DNA from: Candidatus Wolfebacteria bacterium
Lineage (GTDB): Bacteria; Patescibacteriota; Minisyncoccia; UBA6257; UBA9933
Reading direction: 5' to 3'
Assembly (NCBI GenBank): GCA_016214005.1
Contig: JACRPK010000006.1
Span: 17,719 to 81,718 of the forward strand
DNA length: 64,000 bases
Shown here: positions 7,311 to 15,199 of the stretch, piece after piece
Numbering within the stretch: position 1 is the first letter of the stretch
Layout of the letters: each line of letters opens with the position of its first letter
Notes under the pieces: model-generated
The model's input: only the letters and a program-made list of their open reading frames with translations
Database searches by the model: none
Told to the model about the DNA's origin: nothing
Translations under genes and position numbers: made by a program

Positions 7311-8444
7311 ATGGTTGAATCGGCTATTGTTACATCACCGCTTAAAACAATGGTTCCAATCATTAAGGTGGTGGGCGATTTTTGCAATTTAAATTGCAAA
7401 TATTGTTTTTATAATGCCAAGGACCAGATTATCCGCCATGTGATGAGCAATGATTTGCTTGAAAAATTTTTTAGCGAGTATCTAGATCTTTTTTCTGGCA
7501 ATCTTTTTATTATTTGGCATGGAGGAGAGCCTCTTCTCGCAGGACTTCGATATTTCGAACATATTGTTGAACTTGAAAAGAAATATCTCAAAAAAGGCCA
7601 AACGATTAAAAACGCCATTTAAACAAATGCTACATTGGTAAACGATGAGTGGGCGCAATTTTTTAAAGCGCATAATTTTAAAGTTGGCGTAAGTTTAGAC
7701 GGCGGACAAGAAAGTCATAATCTATTTCGCAAAAATCATGGAGGGAAAGGTTCTTTTGATCATGCTATGCGAGGAATTAAAATACTCCGTCGTTATGGAA
7801 TAGAGCCTGGGATTATTCAAACTTTGACTCGCGCCAATATTTCGCGTGTTCAAGAAGATTTCAATTTTTTTGTGAATGTTCTTGGAATCCATGCGTGGGG
7901 AACAAATTTTTATCTTGATCTTGATAATATTAATCAGCTCATGCTGGATCAGAATCTTACCAATTGTCAGCTTGCGGATTTTTTGAGAAAACAAATTGAT
8001 CTTTGGCTTGTTCGAAATGATAGAACTTTACGCATTAGAGAAATAGAAAATTTTATTTCTGGCGTGTTTAATAAAAAAACGCCAAGTTGCGCTTTTAGCG
8101 GATCTTGCAGTAAATATTTTTGTCTTGAATACGATGGCAAAATATATCCATGTGATAGATCTTCTGGCAAGTCAGATCTGTTATTGGGAGATTTCTCCAG
8201 ACAATCGTTGCAAGATGTTTTTAATAGCGTGAGCAAATTAAATTATGATAAGCAGATTAATAATTTGCCATCTGAATGTTCAATTTGTGAATGGCTGAAG
8301 TTTTGCAATAATGGATGCGTTATGAACAGGGAAGGCGGGATTGGCGGTAAATATTATTATTGCGAGATGCGAAAAGAGATTTTTGCTTATCTTAAAGAGA
8401 AAGTTGGCGAATATAATCGATCACTTATAACACAAACCGCCTGA
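7311..8444 (+). CDS. radical SAM / SPASM-domain peptide-modifying enzyme (anSME-like), interrupted by an in-frame TAA at 7620-7622
   Basis: CxxxCxxC (GDFCNLNCKYCFY) at residues 25-32, followed by GGEPLL. C-terminal Cys cluster CSKYFCLEYDGKIYPCD…CSICEWLKFCNNGCV matches SPASM. Both halves are in the same frame. The TAA falls where the conserved Q of the (I/V)QTNGTLL motif is expected (here AI*TNATLVNDEW). Confidence 0.75.
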
Positions 8445-8465
8445 AAAGGCAGAAAGGAGATAGCA

Positions 8466-8633
8466 ATGGATGGTAATATTGCAATAGAGGGAGCTTTCTT
8501 AAGAGCGGAAGAACGGTCAAATAACGATCTGTTAATTGAGACAGATTCAAAACGGCAGGAAGCTGTTTTGGATTTTTGCAAATGGCCAGATTGGAACAAT
8601 GCTCCGGATTTCACAGAGCTGGAGACGCTCTAA
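8466..8633 (+). CDS. small peptide, 55 aa (MDGNIAIEGAFLRAEERSNNDLLIETDSKRQEAVLDFCKWPDWNNAPDFTELETL); candidate rSAM substrate
   Basis: Starts 22 nt after the rSAM stop, with RBS AAAGGAGA. Contains a CKWPDW segment (Lys-Trp adjacent). Followed by a terminator. Confidence 0.4.
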   Translation: MDGNIAIEGAFLRAEERSNNDLLIETDSKRQEAVLDFCKWPDWNNAPDFTELETL

Positions 8634-8639
8634 TATATA

Positions 8640-8692
8640 AATATTCCGACAAAGGCTTATCAAAATTTTTGATAAGCCTTTTTTATTTTAAT
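8640..8692. terminator. bidirectional rho-independent terminator (ggcttatcaaaatttttgataagcc)
   Basis: Perfect inverted repeat flanked by T-runs on both strands, between convergent genes. Confidence 0.55.
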
Positions 8693-9585
8693 ATTCCTTT
8701 TAATTCAGAAATTGAAAAATATACTTTTTCTATATATTCGTTATCAAGCGGTTTATTTTTCTTAATGTAAATATTTATTAATTTTATTAATTCTTCGGTT
8801 TTAACATAGTTTTTTGGTATTTTGGCGTTTAACGTAATATTCTTGCTATTTAAAAATTTTCTGCCCAAGACGCCATTGGGGAAAAGAGAACTTATCGCCG
8901 ATTCTTTAATAAGATTTATGGTATCAAAATCATTCAGATATTTTTTATACAGCAAGGGAAGAAAATATTGTTTTTCAAAACATAGATGTATTGTTTCGTG
9001 CCAAATAATACCCATGGCATGATTTGCGTCATTTAACGGATAGCGAGAAATTTCAAGGCTGATACTTTTATTATCAATACTTGCTCCGCCGCCCGTTTGA
9101 ACGGGTGAAGAAAATAATAAATTAATGTTAATTTTAAATTCAGAAGGAGAAGTATTAAAAATAATGTTCAATATATCAACTATAGATTTTACCAAATGCG
9201 GTTCATTTATTTTGTCGCTTAATTTTTTTTGCCATTGAAGTAGGAGAGGCTCTTCTTTGTTCCAAAGCAAATTAAATTTTTTTTCCAACAAAGAAAAAAT
9301 ATTTTTGAGATTAATAAAATCTTCTTGCGATAATTTTTGTTCTAAAATAATCCAAGGATTTTTTTCGATAAAAAATTGGCGCCCTAAGTATGATTCTCCA
9401 AATGGATATCGTAAGTGGATTTCTTTAAATTCTTTCAGGGAGTTTTCTTCTTCTGGCGAAAATTGCCCGAGTTCTTCTCTCCATAAAATATTGTAATTTT
9501 TTCGGTTGCTAAAATGCCATTCGGAAAGGTTTTGGATAAAAAAATAAAAATTTGCCCATTTTGAAATTATAAATTCAAATTTCAT
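8683..9585 (-). CDS. hypothetical protein with HExxH motif (putative zinc-dependent peptidase-like), 300 aa
   Basis: MGIIWHETIHLCFE contains HETIH. No other recognisable domain. Confidence 0.4.
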   Translation of the reverse strand: MKFEFIISKWANFYFFIQNLSEWHFSNRKNYNILWREELGQFSPEEENSLKEFKEIHLRYPFGESYLGRQFFIEKNPWIILEQKLSQEDFINLKNIFSLLEKKFNLLWNKEEPLLLQWQKKLSDKINEPHLVKSIVDILNIIFNTSPSEFKININLLFSSPVQTGGGASIDNKSISLEISRYPLNDANHAMGIIWHETIHLCFEKQYFLPLLYKKYLNDFDTINLIKESAISSLFPNGVLGRKFLNSKNITLNAKIPKNYVKTEELIKLINIYIKKNKPLDNEYIEKVYFSISELKGILK

Positions 9586-9672
9586 ATTATTTATTTTACT
9601 AAATTTTCTTTATTTTAACCACTCCTTTTCTCATAATTTGTTTCCTACTATTATTTTTTCCCAAATCCTTTC

Positions 9673-9760
9673 GAATCCCCCGCATAAAACCTCGCTAATT
9701 CCCCCCATTAACTTTTTTATTTTCGTGAGTATAATCTAGGTAGAAACTTTGAAAAATAAC
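9673..9760 (+). promoter_or_regulatory. promoter cassette copy F (TTAACT 9708-9713, 16 nt, TATAAT 9730-9735)
   Basis: Repeat family member. The leader is a diverged type-II version. Confidence 0.6.
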
Positions 9761-9864
9761 GCATTCGCGAGGAGTGTGGCAACAACGGATAATTTTATTT
9801 ATTATAGACTATAGATGGAGCAGAATGGTTCTGTTCCGCCAAACACCTTAAAAAGGAGACGACC

Positions 9865-10443
9865 ATGATCCAGACAGTCGAAAGGAGTTCTTGTTCGAGA
9901 GGGTTTGAGCACTTCCATGGCGGAGTTGGAGTTCAGGGGATTCTCAGCGATCTGGTAATTCCCGCAATTCCAGGCGAGTACTACGCCTACTCCTCCGAGT
10001 TCACGAAGGAACGACCGCTGTACGCGCTCATGAAGTGCAAGGCGAACAAGGATCGTCCAATTACCGCCGCGGAAGACCTTGGTCAAGAGGCAAACCTGCT
10101 TTTCCTGTTTGGCAACCAGAACCAGGTTCAGGCCTGCGCGATCAGGACGGCGTACATTTCCGGTCTGCTCGGTGACTCCGTCAATGGTGAGTCATTCGGC
10201 GAGACGTGGATTGCTCCCGCCCGGATTACCGCCGAAGACTTCTACGAGCTTCGTTCGAGGAAAGATGTGACGAAGCTAGTGGAAATTTGCCAGGTGGCGT
10301 GCTCGGAGCGCAGGGCATCCATCGCGCTGGAACCAGGGGTGGTCATTGCTATGATGACTGACTGCGGAAAGTACGGTTTGTTCTTCGTGAGGCGGATCAC
10401 TCCAGCACTGATCCAAATTGATGCTTGCCACATCTTGCTTTAG
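9865..10443 (+). CDS. hypothetical protein, 192 aa, in a compositionally foreign high-GC segment
   Basis: The segment ~9800-10560 is ~55% GC against ~30% in the flanks. It has RBS AAGGAGA and a downstream terminator hairpin ccgccaaggggtatcccttggcgg. Confidence 0.5.
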   Translation: MIQTVERSSCSRGFEHFHGGVGVQGILSDLVIPAIPGEYYAYSSEFTKERPLYALMKCKANKDRPITAAEDLGQEANLLFLFGNQNQVQACAIRTAYISGLLGDSVNGESFGETWIAPARITAEDFYELRSRKDVTKLVEICQVACSERRASIALEPGVVIAMMTDCGKYGLFFVRRITPALIQIDACHILL

Positions 10444-10573
10444 CTCCACACGGCACGCGAGTAGCATCTGCCGCCAAGGGATACCCCTTGGCGGCAGATT
10501 TAATTTTAAAACCAGGTATAAAATAGGCACATCAGGGGATTTATGAATAGCATTAGAACCCACCCCCTTGTAT

Positions 10574-11044
10574 CTATAAAATTTTTCGCCACACTTGCCC
10601 GATATCATCATCCGGTGGTGTTATCTCTCCAGCTCTCTCAAAACCCAATTTGCCATGAAAGCGCCACGACTCACTGTGAGAATTAGGACTATATAAAAGG
10701 ATTTCAGTAAAACCAAGTCTGCGCGCTTCCTCAATTAGTTTTAATTTTAGTGTTTTTCCGATACCTCTTCTTTTATATTTTACCGCAATGACATAAAATT
10801 CAACAGGATTATTAGTTAGCGCATACGGCTTTAAGTAGTTAGCCAATTTTTTAAAACCAACAATTCCTAAAATTTCACTGTTTTCCGTTGCTACAAAAAA
10901 ACCGGAATCTTTCTTCGGAGTTTTTTTAACATATAATTGTAATTCACTTAAAAGCTCCTTAAGAAATTCTGGGTCTGTCCAATACAAAGCAAAAATTTCT
11001 TCCACCGCTTTTTGGTCGCTTTCCTGAAATTCTCGGATGATCAT
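10574..11044 (-). CDS. GNAT-family N-acetyltransferase, 156 aa
   Basis: RRGIGKTL acetyl-CoA binding motif and characteristic GNAT fold order. Confidence 0.7.
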   Translation of the reverse strand: MIIREFQESDQKAVEEIFALYWTDPEFLKELLSELQLYVKKTPKKDSGFFVATENSEILGIVGFKKLANYLKPYALTNNPVEFYVIAVKYKRRGIGKTLKLKLIEEARRLGFTEILLYSPNSHSESWRFHGKLGFERAGEITPPDDDIGQVWRKIL

Positions 11045-11087
11045 TTATATATACTAGCAAAATTTTGTGGGTTAGGAAACAAGCGCT

Positions 11088-11171
11088 GTCCATTGACTTT
11101 TTCATTTTCCCGAGTATAATATAGGGTAGAAACTTTGAAAAATAACGCATCCCTGCCTGCCGGCAGGCAGG
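11088..11171 (+). promoter_or_regulatory. promoter cassette copy G (TTGACT 11093-11098, 16 nt, TATAAT 11115-11120) with type-II leader containing the 20-bp palindrome
   Basis: Repeat family member. Confidence 0.6.
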
Positions 11172-11272
11172 TTTGTGAATGTGTTAATAAGAAAACCGGT
11201 ACTACTATTGATAGTAGTGCCAAAGATATTTCAGACAAAGAAAGAAAAGAAAAAGAAAGAGAGGATGGGAAA

Positions 11273-12253
11273 ATGAAAGAAGCAATTCTTATTTTAACTA
11301 ATTCCGAAGATGGTAAACATACGGATGTTGTGCTTGAGAAACTTCAACAGGCTGATCAGAATGTTTTTCGTTTTGATTCAGATCGTTTTGCAAATGGTGA
11401 GATTATAATTGATTTTGAGAATAACCATCGGAGATGCGAATTTGCGATGTATTCTCATGATCAAGTGATAAATTCAAGAAATATTAAAAGTGTTTGGTAT
11501 CGTAGGCCTAATCATTTTAACTTGCAAATTCAAGATCTCGTTCAGCGTAATTATGCCGAACAAGAGATTAAAAATTTGCTAGATGGATTATGGACGATGG
11601 TGCCGGATATTTTTTGGTTAAGCAATCCGAAAAGCCTTGAACAAGCGCGGAAAAAACTTTTTCAATTAAAACTTGCTCGCGAGCTTGGATTCTTAATACC
11701 AGAAACAATAGTTACCAATGACCCAAATCGTGTTCATGAATTTTTTAAGACCTACAATGGTAAGATAGTTTTTAAAGCTTTTTATCATGAATTTCTAAAT
11801 TATGGAGATCGCGCATTTAATATTCCGACTACGCTTATAACAGAAAAACACCTAGAAAAACTTGAGCTTGTCAAGAAAATGCCATGTCTATTTCAAGAAT
11901 TTATCGATAAAAAATACGAGCTAAGAATAACGGTTGTAGGACAAAAAATTTTTCCAGTCAAAATTTATTCTCAAGAAAATTCTCAAACAACTGTTGATTG
12001 GAGAAATCCGGAGTTTATTAATAAACTCCGTTATGAAGTTGTTAGTATCCCAGAAGCGCTTGTTAAAACCTGTTTAACTATGTTGAATGAGCTTGAGCTT
12101 TCGTTTGGAGCTTTTGATTTTGTAGTTGATAAAATAGGGGAAATCTTTTTTCTTGAAATTAACCCTAATGGACAATGGTATTGGATGGAAAGTCAAACAA
12201 ATGTGCCAATTTCTGATGCCATTGTTGATATTCTAAGTTTAGAAAGGAGGTGA
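11273..12253 (+). CDS. ATP-grasp ligase (RimK/MdnC-like; candidate peptide macrocyclase), 326 aa
   Basis: N-terminal MKEAILILTNSEDGKHTDVV and central/C-terminal ATP-grasp regions (ELRITVVGQKIF…FDFVVDKIGEIFFLEINPNGQW). The called ORF begins inside the leader, so the start is set at 11273. Confidence 0.6.
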   Translation: MKEAILILTNSEDGKHTDVVLEKLQQADQNVFRFDSDRFANGEIIIDFENNHRRCEFAMYSHDQVINSRNIKSVWYRRPNHFNLQIQDLVQRNYAEQEIKNLLDGLWTMVPDIFWLSNPKSLEQARKKLFQLKLARELGFLIPETIVTNDPNRVHEFFKTYNGKIVFKAFYHEFLNYGDRAFNIPTTLITEKHLEKLELVKKMPCLFQEFIDKKYELRITVVGQKIFPVKIYSQENSQTTVDWRNPEFINKLRYEVVSIPEALVKTCLTMLNELELSFGAFDFVVDKIGEIFFLEINPNGQWYWMESQTNVPISDAIVDILSLERR

Positions 12254-12259
12254 TAGATT

Positions 12260-12370
12260 ATGAGTCCTGAGATTTTTGCGGCAATTTGCGCCGTGGAATC
12301 ATCAGAACAACTCTCTGAAGTTACGGCGAGTTGGACTGGCCAGGGGTCTTTCAAACATCAAGACGACTAG
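12260..12370 (+). CDS. small peptide, 36 aa (MSPEIFAAICAVESSEQLSEVTASWTGQGSFKHQDD); candidate ATP-grasp substrate
   Basis: AAAGGAGGTGA overlaps the ATP-grasp stop and the ATG is 7 nt downstream. Ser/Thr and C-terminal Asp residues present. Terminator follows. Confidence 0.4.
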   Translation: MSPEIFAAICAVESSEQLSEVTASWTGQGSFKHQDD

Positions 12371-12392
12371 GCAGATTAGTCGGGGACCCAAA

Positions 12393-12432
12393 ATAGGGAG
12401 TGGCGATAAGCTGCTCCCTATATTTATTTTTA
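12393..12432 (+). terminator. rho-independent terminator (atagggagtggcgataagctgctccctat + T-run)
   Basis: Inverted repeat followed by ATTTATTTTT. Confidence 0.5.
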
Positions 12433-12457
12433 ATATAATATTCATTAAAATATAAAT

Positions 12458-13165
12458 ATGTTAAATATACATCTTGAAAATTCAAAACAAACTAAATTTA
12501 TTTTAATAGGAGAAATTCATGGCATAAAGGAAAATATTGAGATATTAAAATCAATAATACAATCATATTTAAAAAGTAAAAATAATAATAAATTAATTTT
12601 AGCATTGGAATGGCCATATCAATTAACAGATGAAATTAATAAATATATAGATAATAATCTGACACAATTAAAATGGCAGAAATGGGATTTTATTAAAAAT
12701 AATGATGGAAGAATATCTAAAGAACATATACTTTTTTTAAAGTGGCTTAAAAATATTAATCGCAATCTCTTAAAAAATAAAAAAATTAAAATTCAATGTT
12801 TTGATGTAATTGAAAAAAAATGGAATAAAAGGGATAAAAAAATGGCGAATATATTACTCAAGTTGAAAAAGAGAAAAAATATTCAATTAGTTGCGATTAT
12901 GGGGAATTTTCATGCTTCAAAAATGGTATTTTATTTTGGTGGCAACAAATATATTCCTCTTGGATCATATTTTCCTCTTGATACAACAATATCTATTAAA
13001 TTAGAATATTGTTCTGGTTATTTTTATAATGAATATTCTAAAAAAATTCCTTCTCACAAAAATATAAATACAATTAAAAAATCTAAATTGCAAAAGAATA
13101 AAAAATCTGAATATGATTATATTTTTTTAATAAAAAAAGCTCATTCAACAAAGCCGTTATATTAA
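12458..13165 (+). CDS. hypothetical protein, extremely AT-rich; possible Tiki/TraB/ChaN-like GxxH…E…GxxH metalloprotein
   Basis: IGEIHG … ALEWP … MGNFHA in that order resembles the Tiki/TraB/ChaN motif layout. Local GC is about 20%. Confidence 0.3.
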   Translation: MLNIHLENSKQTKFILIGEIHGIKENIEILKSIIQSYLKSKNNNKLILALEWPYQLTDEINKYIDNNLTQLKWQKWDFIKNNDGRISKEHILFLKWLKNINRNLLKNKKIKIQCFDVIEKKWNKRDKKMANILLKLKKRKNIQLVAIMGNFHASKMVFYFGGNKYIPLGSYFPLDTTISIKLEYCSGYFYNEYSKKIPSHKNINTIKKSKLQKNKKSEYDYIFLIKKAHSTKPLY

Positions 13166-13179
13166 TAAATTTAAAGTTA

Positions 13180-13716
13180 ATGAATAAAAATTTAGTAAAA
13201 ATTATAAATGAAATGGCCGCCATTGATCAAAAGATGAGAAGAAATGCGATGAAAACTGGAATTTGGGATAAGATGGTTGATAGAAAAAATATATTAAAAA
13301 TAAAAAAAATTATTAAAAAATTTGGTTGGCCGACGATTGGTCTTGTTGGTAAAAAAGCTAGTTGGAATGCGTGGTTAATTATTCAACACGCCGATCATGA
13401 TATTCGGTTTCAAAAAACTATTTTAAGTCTGCTCGAAAAAATTTATAATAAAAATTCATTAGAAATAGATAAAAATAATATAGCGTTTTTAAAAGATAGA
13501 ATTTTAATAAATGAAGGGAAGCATCAAGTATTTGGGACACAATTTTATACAAATAAAAAAGGAATTTTTGGACCGAGGTCGATAAAAGATATTAAAAATC
13601 TTGATAAAAAAAGAAAAGAATATAATCTGCCGCCATTTAGTGAATATAAAAAATTAATAAATAATTACAAAGTTGTTCCGATTAAAAAAAATAATAAAAA
13701 TAATCACCGCCATTGA
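13180..13716 (+). CDS. hypothetical protein, 178 aa, very AT-rich
   Basis: ORF only. Its 3' end abuts promoter cassette H. Confidence 0.35.
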   Translation: MNKNLVKIINEMAAIDQKMRRNAMKTGIWDKMVDRKNILKIKKIIKKFGWPTIGLVGKKASWNAWLIIQHADHDIRFQKTILSLLEKIYNKNSLEIDKNNIAFLKDRILINEGKHQVFGTQFYTNKKGIFGPRSIKDIKNLDKKRKEYNLPPFSEYKKLINNYKVVPIKKNNKNNHRH

Positions 13717-13788
13717 CTTTTTTATTTTCCCGAGTATAATATAAAATAGAAACTTTGAAAAATACCAGTTCTAAGGTTAGAAACTGGT
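13705..13788 (+). promoter_or_regulatory. promoter cassette copy H (TTGACT 13713-13718, 16 nt, TATAAT 13735-13740) plus hairpin leader
   Basis: Repeat family member. Confidence 0.6.
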
Positions 13789-13824
13789 AAAAAAAAGAAA
13801 GAAAAAGAAAGAGAGGATAAGGAA

Positions 13825-15134
13825 ATGAAAAAGGAAATGCAGTTGAAATTGCCTTGGTTCCCGATCTTAGATATCTTGCTGGTTATTTTGTTGGGTGTGG
13901 TTTTGTTTGGTTGCGGAAGCAAAAAGGACAACAACAATAACAACAACAATAACAACGTTGTTGTCCAAAAGCCCACAGTCATTTTAACCGCCTCCGAGAC
14001 AAGCATCTGGAGAGGAAAGAAAATAACTCTTAGCTGGGAAGCTAAGAACGCCAATAGCTGCAAAGCTGTGATGTTAATCCCACCGATACCACCACCTACA
14101 GCATCACTTGCTATGGGGAGGATGGCAATTCAGCAGACGATGCCAAAAGCATCAGTGTTGATCTCTGGAAACTGCCGACTAAGTGGCATGGGGGGAATAT
14201 TAATGTTCGCGTCGCTAGCTCTGCCAAAACCAGCGATGGTATTTGGTTCGGCGAATGGTATGCTCCCAATGTCGTCAAATTCAACCTTGCCGGCAAAGTT
14301 CAATGTTCCATAGCCAAAGGTTATTATGTAGAAACTATCGCTTCCTATAGCGACAAGATCTACGCTCTTTGGCATGATGGTGACAGCGCTAGCAGTCCAG
14401 GCCACATTTCCATTTTTGACAACAACTGCAAAGAGTTGCAAGTCATTGAACCGCCGACGGGATATGTCTTTGGCAGGCTTCTGGGTGGGGGAACAATGGT
14501 TGTTGATCAAAACGGCATTGTTGTCCTTGCTTCCAATAACCCCTCAGAAGAGCTGTTTCACCTTGATTTAAATGGAAATTTCATTGGACAGCCCTTTTCG
14601 ATTACAGGCAGTACAGCTGTAATGACATTTGGTGTGACTGTTAGCAATGGAATTTCTTATACAATCGGGTTGGATACCGTAAATGGCCTCACTACAGCAG
14701 TTATTGTCAGCCATACCCTTGACAGCGCTGGCAATAATTGGGTGAATAATTCTTGGCGCTCTACTGCTTTAACAGGAGAAGCGTATACCCAAGATCTTTT
14801 CTATGCTGTCGCAGTCGGCCAAGACGGAATATACGTAGGCGGAGCAGTGACTGTTACTTATCCCAATGGCAGCGGGGATTGGACTTATCTTCTCGTCAAA
14901 TACGATTTCTTGGGAAATCGGCTTTGGCTCGTAGAAGACCGAAAGAAGAAAACGATCAACGGCCTTGCTGTTGACAGCAATGGCTATCTTTACACCAATG
15001 TTGGTGAAAAGATAAACCCTGCCGATGGTTCCGTTGTCTGGAGCATTGGAAAAACCTGCGGAGAGTCTGTTATCGTAGACAATGGAATTTTCTATGCCCG
15101 CCCTTTTTTATTTTTTGCGGAATTTGACAAATGA
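13825..15134 (+). CDS. lipoprotein with Ig-like domain and beta-propeller-like repeats; reading frame broken near 14060 (frame switches by 1 nt)
   Basis: Lipobox LFGC|GS and an Asn run. Frame A up to ~14060 (…ITLSWEAKNANSC) continues in frame C as DVNPTDTTTYSITCYGEDG…, a typical Ig-like strand pattern, through to 15134. The ORF track splits this into 13825..14313 and 14436..15134. Confidence 0.55.
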
Positions 15135-15199
15135 ATTTAACTTGTTATGCTAAAATCAGCATTTAGCTCTTTTAAAATAAAATAAGGAGAATATCGGCA

